A stretch of DNA of 64,000 nt from an uncultured Gemmatimonadales bacterium (GCA_963828735.1 CAWHFW010000005.1:2692838-2756837), one strand, 5' to 3'; positions 39,559 to 55,391 are shown, counted from the stretch's first letter. The notes: a model not told the origin generated them from the sequence alone. Made by a program: numbers and translations.

Positions 39559-39629
39559 GTAGGGCGGGTCTCAACCCGCCGCTATTCGTATGCCGTCTCG
39601 CGCGTCCTGCGGGCCAAGCTCCGCCCTAC
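39559..39629. repeat. GTAG-type REP doublet between recJ and prfB
   Basis: GTAGGGCGGG-TCTCA-ACCCGCC at the left end and CCGCCCTAC at the right end. Confidence 0.55.
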
Positions 39630-41354
39630 GCGGTTTCGCGGTGCACGATCACCAGTTGCACGGCGTCGCCGCCGCGGTAGTCGTCGGGCTCGAGCCGGAA
39701 AGCCAGTCGCAGCCGCGCCGCCGGCGTTTCCCCCGGCCATGCGCCGAACTCGATCGCGTTGAGCCGCCTGCCCTGCTGGCCGAGTTCGAATTTCAGATGA
39801 CGCTCGCCGACGATGCGCCACGCCAGCACGTCGAACTCGCCATCGAACAGCGGTTCCGGATAGCCCTGCCCCCACGGTCCACCATCGCGCAGCGCATCGG
39901 CGCTCTGGCGGGTGAATTCGTGCGCAAGCAATTCACCGTCGCTGAGGATCTCTGCCCGCAGCAACGCGGGGTCGAGCAGCCGGCGGACGGCATCGCGCAA
40001 CGCCGATTCGAATCGCGGGAAGGCGTCGAGCGACAGGCTCAATCCGGCGGCCATCGCGTGGCCGCCGAAACGGTCGATCAGCCCCGGATTCGCGCGCGTC
40101 GACGGCGGCGAGCACGTCGCGGATGTGCAGGCCCGGAATCGAGCGCGCCGAGCCGCGCAGCGACCTGGCTGCCCGTCGTCGGCCGGTGCGAACGCAAACG
40201 CGGGCCGATGGTGGCGCTCCTTCAGCCTGGACGCGACCAGGCCGACGACGCCCGGATGCCATTGCGGATCGAACAGGCAGAGGACGTCCGGCAGCTCGGC
40301 GCCCGGCGAGCGCCACCCGCGCAAGGGCGGCTTCGGCGTCGTCGGTCATCTGCTGCTGCACGCGCACGCCGCTCGCCGTTGATCTGGTTGAGCGTGGACG
40401 CAAGTTCGCGCGCCTGTGCCGCATCGTCGCTGAGCAGGCATTCGATGCCGAGCGCCATGTCTTCGAGCCGGCCCGCGGCATTGATCCGCGGCGCGATGCC
40501 GAAGCCGATGTCGGTCGCCGACAGGCGTGCGGGCGTCGCGCCCTGCGACTTCCGCCAACGCGCGCAGTCCTGCGCAGCCCTGCCCCGCGCGCAACCGGCG
40601 CAGGCCCGCGGCGACCAGCGCGCGATTGTTCGCGTCCAGCGGCACGAGGTCGGCGACCGTGCCGACGGCGACGAGGTCGAGCAGCGTCGAAAGGTCGGGT
40701 CCGGCCTCGCCGCCGAAGCGCCCCAGCGTCGCGCAGGCGCCGGCGCAACGCCAGCAGGACATAGAACATCACGCCGACGCCGGCGAGCATCTTGCTCGGG
40801 AACGCGTCGCCGGGCTGGTTCGGATTGACGATCGCATCGGCCGGCGGCAATCGCCGGACCCGGCAGGTGGTGGTCGGTGACCAGCACCTGCCAGCCGCGC
40901 GCCTTCGCCGCGGCGATGCCGGCATGGCACGCGATGCCATGGTCGACCGTGACCAGCAGGTCCGGCTGCAGCGCAGCCAGGTCATCGACCAGCCCGGGCG
41001 ACAGGCCATAGCCATGCACCATGCGATTGGGCACCGCGTAGCGACACGCGCGTCGCGCCCGAGCATGCGCAGGCCACGCACGCCCACCGCGCACGCGGTC
41101 GCACCGTCGCAATCGAAATCGCCGACGACGACGATGTGGCGTCGTGCGTCGATGGCCGCGATGAGCAACTCGCACCGCGGCGTCCATGCCGCTGAGCGAA
41201 TCCGGTGGCAGCAGGTGCGACAGTTTCGGCTGTGCCTGGTCGATGCCGCTGGCGCCGCGCGTCGCATGCACGCGCCGCAGCAGCGTCGGGAACGTGCGCC
41301 GGCCAGTCGCCGACGGCGCCGGCTTCACGGCGGCGGATGGTCCTGACGCGTCAT
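39626..41354 (-). CDS. recJ: ssDNA exonuclease RecJ (multiple frameshifts)
   Basis: GDFDCDG, HGYGLS, TDHH, VGTVADLVPL, PRINAAGR, FGGHAMAAG, PWGQG. Confidence 0.94.
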
Positions 41355-42331
41355 TCGTCCTGGGCTTCGCGTCGAGCGAAGGACGGCGGCTTGCGCCAGA
41401 AACGCCAGCGCTGCGCAGCGGCGATTCGCAAGCGCACGCCATCGACGCAATCGAGCTGCAGGTCCGCCAATCGCCGGTGGCGCATCGCATCGACGGCCGG
41501 AGCAAGCCAGCGGTCATGCAGGTCGCGCGAGGTCGGCGCCGCGCAGGTCGACCAGCACATCGGATCGAGGCTGCACGAATCGCTCAGGCAACGGCGAAAC
41601 TCCGGCCTTCGCCAACGTCGCGAGCGCACGCAGCAGGCTGTCGTCGCTCCACGCATGGGCATGGTCGCTCGACGCGAGATCCGGCATGACGCCGCCGCCC
41701 CAGAACCAGAGCGAATTGATCGGCGGCTTGCCCACCGCCGCGCGCTGCGCATTCCACGGATGGTTGTGCAGCACGACCTGCGCGTCGCTCATCAGCGCGC
41801 GCCAGCGGCGGGCGATCGACTCGTCCATCTGCGCAGCGTCGGGAAGATGGTCGAACAGGTCCGCGCCGAGCGCGTCGTCCGGATCGGCGAACGCGGGCAT
41901 CGGCGAGCCCGCGGCAAGCGCAGGTACCAGCGCGCGGGCGCGGGAGCATCGAGCGCGAAGCCCGACGTCGCCGAACAGCGGCCGCAGCGCGGGCAGGAGC
42001 GCATCGACGTCGTCCTGCGTGGGCTTGCAGCATGTCGCCGCAGGCGAGCAGGCGCGCGCCGTTGATGTCCGGACGCACCCAGGCCGGATCGGCGCGCAGC
42101 CATGCCGAGTGCGCGCGTCGCCGACGTCCGATTGCCGCGTCAACGCCGCCACCGGCCAGCCGCGCGGCAGGAGCTCGAAATGCCGCAGCAGCTGCGCCCG
42201 GTCGCCCGGCTTCGCCCTCGGCAAGCGATCCGCGCGCGCCATGACGGTCGCGAGCGGGCGCGGCAGCGAACTGCAGGCAGCGATCGCTGCGCCGGCAGCA
42301 GCAGCGTCGCCGTCGCGAGCACCTTCGCCAT
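41351..42331 (-). CDS. rpfE: RpfE / phosphoglycerate mutase-like protein (frameshifted)
   Basis: RPDINGARL, AQVVLHNHPWN, INSLWFWGGG, QRWRFWR; sits between greA and recJ as in xanthomonads. Confidence 0.78.
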
Positions 42332-42803
42332 CAGCCTTCGTAGCGGACGCCGACGATCTCGTACTCGCGCTGCCCGGCCGGCGCGTCGATGGTGATCACG
42401 TCGCCCTCGTGCTTGCCGATCAGCGCGCGCGCGACCGGCGAGGAGATCGCGATCAGGCCCTGCTTGATGTCGGCTTCGAGGTCGCCGACGATCTGGTAGG
42501 TCTTCTCTTCGTCGGTCTCGGCGTCGGCCAGCTCGACGGTCGCGCCGAACACGACCTTCGAGCCGGCGTTGAGCGTCGCCACGTCGATCACCTGCGCGTG
42601 CGACAGCTCGGATTCCAGCTGCTTGATGCGGCCCTCGATGAAGCTCTGCTGCTCGCGCGCGGCGTGGTACTCGGCGTTTTCCTTGAGGTCGCCGTGCGCA
42701 CGCGCCTCGGCGATCGCGGCGATCACCGCGGGCCGCTTCACCGACTTCAGTTCATCGAGTTCCTCGCGCAGGCGCTGGGCGCCCTTCACGGTCAATGGCG
42801 CTC

Positions 42804-42807
<4 letters not shown>
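42331..42807 (-). CDS. greA: Transcription elongation factor GreA
   Basis: [27 protein letters not shown]. Confidence 0.97.
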
Positions 42808-46069
<3,262 letters not shown>

Positions 46070-46070
46070 G

Positions 46071-47220
<1,150 letters not shown>

Positions 47221-47398
47221 GGGCGTCGCCTCGGGCTGCGGTGATCCTTCCGGCGCGGCCGGCATTGCGCAGGCTGCAGCAAAGCACGGACGCGGTTTGG
47301 ACCGGTCCGTGCTGGCGGAAAGTGCCAGATCGGGGAATCAGGGCGAGCGGGAATTCTACCGGGGCGGTCGCGCCGGCGCCAGCACTGCGGCGCGGCGG

Positions 47399-48129
47399 TC
47401 AGTCGAACAGATCCTCCAGCGCGTACCTTCCGGCGTGGCGGCCGCTCAGCCACAGCGCCGCCGCGAGCGCACCACGCGCGAAGATGTCGCGGTTCGTGGC
47501 GCGATGGATGAGCTCGATGCGTTCGCCGTCGGTCGTGAACTGCACCGTGTGCTCACCGACGATGTCGCCCGCGCGCAACGACGCGTAGCGCGGCGAGCGC
47601 GCCCTGCTTCGGCGGCGATCGATCCCAGGGTGAGCGCGGTTCCCGATGGTGCATCGAGCTTGCGCGTGTGGTGCGCTTCGACGATGTCGCAATCCCAGCC
47701 CGGCAGCGCGTGTGCGGCGCGTTGCGACCAGGTTGGCCAGGACCGCGACGCCGAGGCTGAAATTCGACGCCCAGAGGATCGGAACATGCGTCGCCGCGGC
47801 GTCCATCGCGGCTTCCTGGGCGTCGGTCAACGCGGTCGTGCCGGACACCAGTGCCGCTCCGCGCGCGGCGCACAGCGACAGGACGCCATCGAATCCCTCG
47901 CTGCCGGCTGAAGTCGATGGCGACATCGAATTTCGGCACGCCCGCCAGCTCGCTCGCGCGAAATCGCGGGATTCCGTCCACCACCCGCTGCTCGATGGTC
48001 GGCGATACCGCGGCGACGACCTCCAGGTCCTCGCGTTCGCCCGCACAGGCGCAGCAGGGACTGCCCCATCCGGCCGGTGGCGCCGTGGATGAGGATCGAG
48101 GGCCGCTGCGGGGCGTGAGGTGTATTCAT
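47399..48129 (-). CDS. dapB: 4-hydroxy-tetrahydrodipicolinate reductase (frameshifted)
   Basis: [37 protein letters not shown]. Confidence 0.94.
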
Positions 48130-48241
48130 CCGGGAAGGCTATATCGGGTATGCCGGTCCCGCCACAACCGCCGTCGATCGCGCGCCTCGGGACGCGCCTC
48201 CGGGCCCAGCGGTCTGAATGCGTGCTATATCCCATTCAGAA

Positions 48242-48278
48242 GTTGACGTGGTTCTCACTATGGCTCGGCTTTACTCGC
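48242..48278 (+). promoter_or_regulatory. Conserved upstream motif of tyrosinase A
   Basis: GTTGAC-n-TG-n4-TCAC-n6-TCG-n3-TTACT-n-GC, with the same spacing as 50018-50054. Confidence 0.55.
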
Positions 48279-48437
48279 TGGCGCCCCCGAGCAGTCGCCG
48301 AGCGGCGACTGCGACAGCGGCCACGTCGCCCCGGATCAGTCCTGTCTCCCGTGCAGGCAAGCGGGTCGGGGTTTGTCGCGTCCGATCGGGGCCAGCGGTT
48401 TGCGCCGGGCATTCAGGCTTCAGCTGCAGGAGAGCGC

Positions 48438-49925
48438 ATGCACCAGATTTCCCGCCGGAACTTCGTCAAGGGCATGGGCGCGCTGCCGTTGGCCTTGGCG
48501 CTTCCGCGTATCGCCGGCGCAACGGAGCCCCTCCTGCGCTGCGACCTGGCGAGCCAGCATGGCCGGGAGATGCTCGGGGTCTTGGCCGGCGCCATCCGGA
48601 AGATGCAGGCCTACCCCAACATGACGCCGCTCCACTGGACGTGGCAGTGGTACACGCACTTCGTCACGGGCACGACGACCAAGGCCGACGAGATCAACCG
48701 CATCTTCGGCACGGCGAACACCTCGATGCGTCGCCTGGCCGAGGAGACGTGGGATACCTGCCAGTCGCATTCGGGCCAGGATCCGAACTACTTCCTGCCC
48801 TGGCACCGGATGTTCGTGTTCTATTTCGAACGGATCGTACGGCGCGTCAGCGGGCGTGCCGACTTCACGCTTCCCTATTGGGACTACACGTCCGACGACC
48901 CCGCCAAGCGCGGGATCGTTCCATTGGAATTCCGGAGTCCGGACGATCCGGTGTTCGGCGTCCTCTACCGGCCCGATCGCAGCGACCTGGCCAACAGCGG
49001 CCAACCGATCCAGTCGAACAATCCCGGCGACCCGATGCGGATCGGCGGGCCGATGGGCAAGGCCTACTACGAGATGGTCGGAAGCGATGTCGGCTTCTGC
49101 CGGGCGATCAATTCGAGCATCCACGGAGCCATCCATGTCCTCGTGGGCAACAAGCTCGGCATGGGAACGGTGCCCTACTCCGCCAACGATCCATTGTTCT
49201 GGGTGCACCACTCGAACATCGACCGGATGTGGGCGAGCTGGAACCACAACGGCGGCGTCAATCCCGTGGACGCCGCGTGGGCGCAGAACAGTTTCGTTTT
49301 CGGCGATGCCAGCGGCCGCACGTCGGCGCCCATGAACGCCTTCTTCGATTGCGCCACCCTGGGCTATGGCTACGACGCCTACATCCCGCGACCCGGGGGC
49401 ACCGGCACGACGACGTCGCTGGCGCTCATGACGGCATCAGCCAAGCCCACGAGCCAGCGCATCGCAAAGGCACGCAGTGCCGCCGAACTGGGCGCCAGGC
49501 CGGCGCGGGTGACGCTGCTGCCGATCGAGGGCACGGTCGCGGACGGGCCGGTGCTCGGACTGGATGCGAGGCGGCCGGCGCAGCGCACCTACCTGGTGCT
49601 GAAGGACCTGCATACCTGGGCGCAGCCGGAGGTGCTCTACCACGTCTACCTGTCGCCCACCGCGGGAGGGCGGCTGGATCAGGACAGCCATGTCGGCCAC
49701 ATCAACTTCTTCGATGCCGAGTTCCACGACCACGGCCACGGCGCCATGGGCACGGCGCTGGGCGAGAACCTCTACAGCTTCGACGTCACCGACGTGCTGA
49801 AGAGGATCGCCCGCAGCGGGAATCCGAACGGGCGCCAGGCGCTGCTGGTTACGTTCGTCCCCGGTGGAACGCCGACGCCAGGCGGGAAGCCGCTGGTGGG
49901 GACAGTCGAACTCGTGCGGGAGTAG
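48438..49925 (+). CDS. Tat-exported tyrosinase / polyphenol oxidase A
   Basis: RBS AGGAG; twin-arginine SRRNFVK; CuA WYTHF..CQSH..FLPWHR; CuB IHGAIH..DPLFWVHHSNIDR; C-terminal cap domain. Confidence 0.92.
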   Translation: MHQISRRNFVKGMGALPLALALPRIAGATEPLLRCDLASQHGREMLGVLAGAIRKMQAYPNMTPLHWTWQWYTHFVTGTTTKADEINRIFGTANTSMRRLAEETWDTCQSHSGQDPNYFLPWHRMFVFYFERIVRRVSGRADFTLPYWDYTSDDPAKRGIVPLEFRSPDDPVFGVLYRPDRSDLANSGQPIQSNNPGDPMRIGGPMGKAYYEMVGSDVGFCRAINSSIHGAIHVLVGNKLGMGTVPYSANDPLFWVHHSNIDRMWASWNHNGGVNPVDAAWAQNSFVFGDASGRTSAPMNAFFDCATLGYGYDAYIPRPGGTGTTTSLALMTASAKPTSQRIAKARSAAELGARPARVTLLPIEGTVADGPVLGLDARRPAQRTYLVLKDLHTWAQPEVLYHVYLSPTAGGRLDQDSHVGHINFFDAEFHDHGHGAMGTALGENLYSFDVTDVLKRIARSGNPNGRQALLVTFVPGGTPTPGGKPLVGTVELVRE

Positions 49926-50017
49926 CCGGCATCGGCCGATCAAGGGCGCCGAACCCGTTGGAACCCAGCAGGTGCCGCGGTAGCGGCCAAGCGCGGGCTG
50001 CCCGCTTTTCGCGGGGC

Positions 50018-50054
50018 GTTGACCTGTCAGTCACCGGTTTTCGTTCTTACTGGC
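50018..50054 (+). promoter_or_regulatory. Conserved upstream motif of tyrosinase B
   Basis: GTTGACCTGTCAGTCACCGGTTTTCGTTCTTACTGGC aligns without gaps to 48242-48278. Confidence 0.55.
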
Positions 50055-50135
50055 ATCGGGCCAGCGGAGCGGCCCTTCACCAGCCTCCCAGCGTCGCCCC
50101 GGGGTCGACGAATCGTGCAGTTACAGGGGTTCCAC

Positions 50136-51638
50136 ATGAGCCAGCTCTCCCGTCGTTCGTTCATTCGCGGCGTCGCCGCCATGCCGTTTGCGCTGTGGCT
50201 GTCCTCACGCGGGGCGCTCGCCGACACACCGTTCATCCGCTACGACATCGCCACTCCGGAAGGGGCGGCCATGTTGCAGATCTACGCCGAGGCCGTGGCC
50301 AAGATGCAGGCGCTCGGGCCGGGCGACCCGTTGAGCTGGACATGGCTCTTTTACACCCACTTCGTCGACGGGATTACGACAAAAGACAGCGAAATCCAGC
50401 GGATATTCGGCGACGACGCGAGCCCGACCAAGGATCTGGCGACGGAAATGTGGAACACCTGCCAGGCCCACACCGGGCAGAACCCGAACAATTTCCTGCC
50501 CTGGCACCGGATGTACGTGCTCTTCATGGAGAACATCATCCGCCAGGTGAGCGGGCATCCCGAATTCGCGATGCCGTACTGGAACTACACCTCGTACGAT
50601 CCCGCCCAGCGCGGCATCGTTCCCGTCCAGTTCCGACTGCCGACGGATCCGGTTTATGGCGTCCTGTACCGCGCCAACCGTACCAAGCTGGCCAACACCG
50701 GCCAGTCGATCCAGGCCAACCAGACCACCGACGTGCTGGATCTCAGCTCGGCGATGGCCAAGACCGCCTACAGCAACGTCGGAAAGGTCCAGGGATTCTG
50801 CCGGGCGCTGGATTCGGGCGTCCATAGCCGACTGCATGTACTGACCGGCACTGCCAAGAACATGGGCTCCGTGCCGTATGCAGGGCGCGATCCGCTGTTC
50901 CTCGTGCATCACGCCAACATCGACCGCATCTGGGCCTCCTGGAACGCGAACGGTGGGCCCAATCCGACCAACGGCGGCTGGATGCAGCAGCAATTCGTTT
51001 TCGCCGATCCGCAAGGCCAGCGGGTGTCGAGCAAGCTGAGCGACTACTTCGACATGGCGACGCTCGGCTATGAGTACGACGCCCTCATCCCACCTGCGGC
51101 GACGCAGATGCTCGCCAAGGCGACGATCACCGCGGGCGACGTGCGCACCGGCAGCCAGCCCGTCACCGAGCGGGTGGCGGCTGCAGGCGGTGGCGCGGAG
51201 TTGAGCATCAAGCCCGCGCACGTCCGCCTGCTGCCGGTTGCGGGAGCCAAGCGAACGCAGGTTCTTGGACTGGACCCGGCACAGCATGGCAAGCGGTCGT
51301 ACATCGTCATGAAAGACCTGCACGTCTGGGTGCAGCCGGAGGTGCTGTACCACCTCTACCTGACGGCTCCCGGGTCGAACGCGACGCCGAATCGTGAGAA
51401 CTACGTGGGGACGATCAACTTCTTCGACGCAGAGTTCCACGACCACGGCCACGGCAGGATGGGCGACGCGCTCGGAGAGAACTTCTACAGCTTCGACGTC
51501 ACCCAGGTGCTGCAGAGGATCGCGCGGACCGCCAATCCAGGCGCGCGGGATGCGTTGCAGCTCATCGTCGTGCCTGCGGGCATGCCGAACCCGAAGGCCA
51601 AGCCCTTGATCGGGACGATCGAGCTCGTCCGCCAGTAA
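50136..51638 (+). CDS. Tat-exported tyrosinase / polyphenol oxidase B (tandem paralog)
   Basis: SRRSFIR; FYTHF..CQAH..FLPWHR; VHSRLH..DPLFLVHHANIDR; QPEVLYH and INFFDAEFHDHGHG shared with A. Confidence 0.92.
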   Translation: MSQLSRRSFIRGVAAMPFALWLSSRGALADTPFIRYDIATPEGAAMLQIYAEAVAKMQALGPGDPLSWTWLFYTHFVDGITTKDSEIQRIFGDDASPTKDLATEMWNTCQAHTGQNPNNFLPWHRMYVLFMENIIRQVSGHPEFAMPYWNYTSYDPAQRGIVPVQFRLPTDPVYGVLYRANRTKLANTGQSIQANQTTDVLDLSSAMAKTAYSNVGKVQGFCRALDSGVHSRLHVLTGTAKNMGSVPYAGRDPLFLVHHANIDRIWASWNANGGPNPTNGGWMQQQFVFADPQGQRVSSKLSDYFDMATLGYEYDALIPPAATQMLAKATITAGDVRTGSQPVTERVAAAGGGAELSIKPAHVRLLPVAGAKRTQVLGLDPAQHGKRSYIVMKDLHVWVQPEVLYHLYLTAPGSNATPNRENYVGTINFFDAEFHDHGHGRMGDALGENFYSFDVTQVLQRIARTANPGARDALQLIVVPAGMPNPKAKPLIGTIELVRQ

Positions 51639-51647
51639 CCGGATGCT

Positions 51648-51671
51648 ACGGAAGGGCCATCGCCCTTCCGT
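51648..51671. terminator. Hairpin between convergent tyrosinase B and dnaJ
   Basis: ACGGAAGGGC-CATC-GCCCTTCCGT. Confidence 0.6.
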
Positions 51672-51677
51672 GCCGGA

Positions 51678-52808
51678 TCAGGACGTCATCCGGTCCCAGA
51701 ACCCCTTGACGCCGTCCAGGAAGGTCGATGAGCGCGGCGAGTGCCGGCGCGCTTCCTCGCCCGAGAACGTGGCCTCGAACTGCTCCAGCAGCGCGCGCTG
51801 CTCCGGCGTCAGGTTGACCGGCGTCTCGACCACGGCCTTGCAGTAGAGATCGCCGGGTTTGCGGCTGCGCACCGACTTGACGCCCTTGTCGCGCAGTCGG
51901 AACACCTTGCCGGTCTGGGTTTCGGCCGGAATGCGGATCTCCGTTTCGCCGGCCAGCGTCGGCACGCGCACGGTGTCGCCGAGCGCCGCCTGGGAGATGC
52001 GGATCGGCACTTCGCAATGCAGGTCGTCGCCGTCGCGCTCGAAGATCGCGTGCGGCCGCACGCGTACTTCGACGTAGAGATCGCCCGGCGGCGTTCCCGC
52101 CGGCCCCGCCTCACCCTCGCCCGCCAGGCGGATGCGATCGCCGTTGTCGACGCCTGCCGGGATCTTCACCGAGAGGATCTTGTCCTCCTCCACCCGGCCC
52201 GCGCCGTGGCAGGCCTTGCAGGGATGGACGATGGTCTGCCCGCGCCCGCCGCAATGCGGACATGGCTGCTGCATGGTGAAGATGCCGCGCTGCATGCGCA
52301 CCTGGCCGCGGCCATGGCACGTGGCGCAGGTTTCGATCTTCCCGTCCTCCGAGCCGGTCGAGGCGCACGGTGCGCAGGGAACGAAGGTCGGGATCTCGAT
52401 GCGCTTCTCGGTTCCGGCGACGGCGTCCTCGAGGTCGAGTTCCATCACGTAGCCGATGTCGGCGCCGCGTCGCGGCCCGCGGCCCGGCGCCCCACCGCCG
52501 AAGATGTTGCCGAAGATGTCACCGAAGATGTCGCCCATGTCGCCGAAGCCGGCGCCATGGCCCTGTCCGCCGCCCATGCCGTGCTCGAACGCGGCGTGGC
52601 CGTGTGCGTCGTACATGCGGCGCTTGGACGGCTCGGACAGCACTTCGTAGGCTTCCTTGCACTCCTTGAACGCTTCCAGCGCCACGGTGTCGCCCGGGTT
52701 GCGGTCCGGATGGTGCTTCATCGCGCTGCGGCGATAGGCCTTCTTCAGGTCTTCGTCCGAGACATCGCGGGACACGCCCAGGACTTCGTAGTAATCGCGC
52801 TTGCTCAT
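51678..52808 (-). CDS. dnaJ: Chaperone DnaJ
   Basis: [14 protein letters not shown], CxxCxGxG repeats. Confidence 0.97.
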   Translation of the reverse strand: MSKRDYYEVLGVSRDVSDEDLKKAYRRSAMKHHPDRNPGDTVALEAFKECKEAYEVLSEPSKRRMYDAHGHAAFEHGMGGGQGHGAGFGDMGDIFGDIFGNIFGGGAPGRGPRRGADIGYVMELDLEDAVAGTEKRIEIPTFVPCAPCASTGSEDGKIETCATCHGRGQVRMQRGIFTMQQPCPHCGGRGQTIVHPCKACHGAGRVEEDKILSVKIPAGVDNGDRIRLAGEGEAGPAGTPPGDLYVEVRVRPHAIFERDGDDLHCEVPIRISQAALGDTVRVPTLAGETEIRIPAETQTGKVFRLRDKGVKSVRSRKPGDLYCKAVVETPVNLTPEQRALLEQFEATFSGEEARRHSPRSSTFLDGVKGFWDRMTS

Positions 52809-53392
52809 GCTTGTTTTTGGATTCGGGCTTCGATGCGACGGTCGGGCACGAACCACAGCGCCGCGACGGCGATGTAGCACAGGCCCGAAATCGCGGGATG
52901 GACGAACGCGAGCGGAATCGCCGCGGAATAGAGGAAAAGTGGAACGATACCTTTAACGTCGTGCCCTTTCACGGCCTGCGCGAGCACCGACCGCGGCCCG
53001 CCATTGGCGCGGATGATCGCCGCCTGGAACGGACGCCATGCGATGGCGGCCATCAGCAGTACGGCGCCGTACAACGCCACCGGCACCGGTGCGAAATGGT
53101 TTTCGCCCATCCACGCGGTCGCGAACGGAAACAGCGACAACCAGAACAGCAGGTGCAGGTTGGCCCACAACACGCGGCCGTCGACGTGCTGCGCCGCGTG
53201 CAGGAAATGATGATGGTTGTTCCAGTAGATGCCGACGTAGACGAAGCTCAGGACGTAACTCAGGAACACCGGCAGCAGGGGCACGAGCGATGCGAGGTCC
53301 GTGCCGTGCGGCGCACGCATCTCCAGCACCATGATGGTGATGATGATGGCGACGACGCCGTCGCTGAATGCCTCGAGCCGCGTCTTGCCCAT
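52805..53392 (-). CDS. TMEM175-family (DUF1211) potassium channel
   Basis: [32 protein letters not shown]; stop overlaps the dnaJ start. Confidence 0.9.
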   Translation of the reverse strand: MGKTRLEAFSDGVVAIIITIMVLEMRAPHGTDLASLVPLLPVFLSYVLSFVYVGIYWNNHHHFLHAAQHVDGRVLWANLHLLFWLSLFPFATAWMGENHFAPVPVALYGAVLLMAAIAWRPFQAAIIRANGGPRSVLAQAVKGHDVKGIVPLFLYSAAIPLAFVHPAISGLCYIAVAALWFVPDRRIEARIQKQA

Positions 53393-53418
53393 GCCTGCCT
53401 CTGGTCCCCTCATGACAA

Positions 53419-53442
53419 CGGGCGTCCGTTGCCGGACGCCCG
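53419..53442 (-). terminator. Hairpin downstream of dnaK
   Basis: CGGGCGTCCG-TTGC-CGGACGCCCG with a weak U-tract on the minus strand. Confidence 0.55.
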
Positions 53443-53465
53443 CTGGCTATCGCTCGTCGCCGATA

Positions 53466-55391
53466 TCAGCCCTTCTTGCTGTCGTCGTCGCGCACTTCGG
53501 TGAACTCGGCATCGACGACATCATCGTTGCGCGGAGCACCCTGCCCGCCCGACGTGTCGCCGCCGGGCTGCTGGGCGGCCGAGGCCGCTGCGAACAGCGC
53601 CTGCCCGGCTTCTTCCAGCGCCTTGGACTTGGCTTCGATCTGGCCCTTGTCGTCGCCCTTCATGGCGGTTTCGAGTTCGGCGATCGCGCCTTCCGCACGG
53701 CCGATCACGTCGCCGCCCACCTTGTCGCCGTTGTCCTTGATCGCGCTGCGGGTCGCATGGATCAGCGCATCGGCCTGGTTGCGGGCCTGCACCAGTTCGT
53801 GGAACTTCTTGTCCTCTTCGCGGTGCGCTTCGGCGTCCTGCACCATCCGCTGGATCTCGTCGTCCGACAGGCCCGAGCCCGCCTTGATCTCGACCTTCTG
53901 CTCCTTGCCCGTCTTCTTGTCCTTGGCGGTGACGTGCACGATGCCGTTGGCGTCGATGTCGAAGGACACTTCCACCTGGGGCATGCCGCGCGGCGACGGT
54001 TCGATGCCGGTCAGGTCGAACTTGGCCAGCGACTTGTTGTAGCGGGCCTGCTCGCGCTCGCCCTGCAGCACGTGCACGGTGACGGCCGTCTGGTTGTCCT
54101 CGGCGGTGGAGAACGTCTGCGACGCCTTCGTCGGCACCGTGGTGTTCTTCTCGATGATCTTGGTGAACACGCCACCGAGCGTCTCGATGCCGAGGGACAG
54201 CGGGGTCACGTCGAGCAGCAGCACGTCCTTGACGTCGCCCTGCAGCACGCCGCCCTGGATCGCGGCGCCGACGGCGACGGCCTCGTCCGGATTGACGTCC
54301 TTGCGCGGCTCCTTGCCGAAGAAATCGGCGACCGCCTGCTGCACCTTCGGCATGCGCGTCTGGCCGCCGACGAGGATCACTTCACCGATGTCCGACGGGC
54401 TCACGCCGGCATCCTTCATCGCGATGCGGCAGGGCTCGATCGTCTTCTTGATCAGGTCGTCGACCAGCGATTCGAGCTTGGCGCGGGTCAGCTTGATGTT
54501 GAGGTGCTTCGGTCCCGACGCATCGGCCGTCACGTACGGCAGGTTGACCTCGGTCTGCTGCGAGGAGGACAGCTCGATCTTCGCGCGCTCGGCAGCATCC
54601 TTCAGGCGCTGCAATGCGAGATGGTCCTTGCGCAGGTCGATGCCCTGCTCCTTCTGGAATTCGTCGACCAGGAAGTCGATGACGCGCTTGTCGAAGTCCT
54701 CGCCGCCAAGGAAGGTGTCGCCGTTGGTGGCCAGCACCTCGACCTGCATTTCGCCGTCGACATTGGCGATCTCGATGATCGAGATGTCGAACGTGCCGCC
54801 GCCGAGGTCGTAGACCGCGATCTTGCGGTCGCCGCCCTTCTTGTCCATGCCGTACGCGAGCGCGGCCGCGGTCGGCTCGTTGATGATGCGCTTGACGTCC
54901 AGGCCCGCGATGCGACCTGCGTCCTTCGTGGCCTGGCGCTGGGAATCGTTGAAGTAGGCCGGCACCGTGATCACCGCTTCGGTGACCGTTTCGCCCAGGT
55001 AGGCTTCGGCCGTCTTCTTCATCTTTTCCAGGATCCGCGCGGAGACTTCCTGCGGCGAAAGCTTCTTGCCGTCGCTGGTCGCGACCCACGCATCACCGTT
55101 GTCGTGCTCGATGATGGCGTACGGCACCAGGCCCAGGTCCTTCTTGACCTCGGCATCGCCGAACTTGCGACCGATCAGGCGCTTGACCGCATAGAACGTG
55201 TTCTTGGGATTGGTCACCGCCTGGCGCTTGGCCGAGGCCCCGACCAGGACTTCGCCGTCCTTGGTGTAGGCGACGATCGAAGGCGTGGTGCGATCGCCCT
55301 CGGAATTTTCGATGACGCGGGGCTTCCCGCCTTCCATGATCGCCACGCACGAATTGGTCGTGCCAAGGTCGATGCCGATGATCTTGCCCAT
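53466..55391 (-). CDS. dnaK: Chaperone DnaK
   Basis: [32 protein letters not shown]. Confidence 0.98.
   Translation of the reverse strand: MGKIIGIDLGTTNSCVAIMEGGKPRVIENSEGDRTTPSIVAYTKDGEVLVGASAKRQAVTNPKNTFYAVKRLIGRKFGDAEVKKDLGLVPYAIIEHDNGDAWVATSDGKKLSPQEVSARILEKMKKTAEAYLGETVTEAVITVPAYFNDSQRQATKDAGRIAGLDVKRIINEPTAAALAYGMDKKGGDRKIAVYDLGGGTFDISIIEIANVDGEMQVEVLATNGDTFLGGEDFDKRVIDFLVDEFQKEQGIDLRKDHLALQRLKDAAERAKIELSSSQQTEVNLPYVTADASGPKHLNIKLTRAKLESLVDDLIKKTIEPCRIAMKDAGVSPSDIGEVILVGGQTRMPKVQQAVADFFGKEPRKDVNPDEAVAVGAAIQGGVLQGDVKDVLLLDVTPLSLGIETLGGVFTKIIEKNTTVPTKASQTFSTAEDNQTAVTVHVLQGEREQARYNKSLAKFDLTGIEPSPRGMPQVEVSFDIDANGIVHVTAKDKKTGKEQKVEIKAGSGLSDDEIQRMVQDAEAHREEDKKFHELVQARNQADALIHATRSAIKDNGDKVGGDVIGRAEGAIAELETAMKGDDKGQIEAKSKALEEAGQALFAAASAAQQPGGDTSGGQGAPRNDDVVDAEFTEVRDDDSKKG

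Noticed and set aside
48120..48437. N-terminal extensions of the tyrosinase ORFs (also 50019-50135)
   Set aside because: Tat signals and RBSs place the starts at 48438 and 50136.
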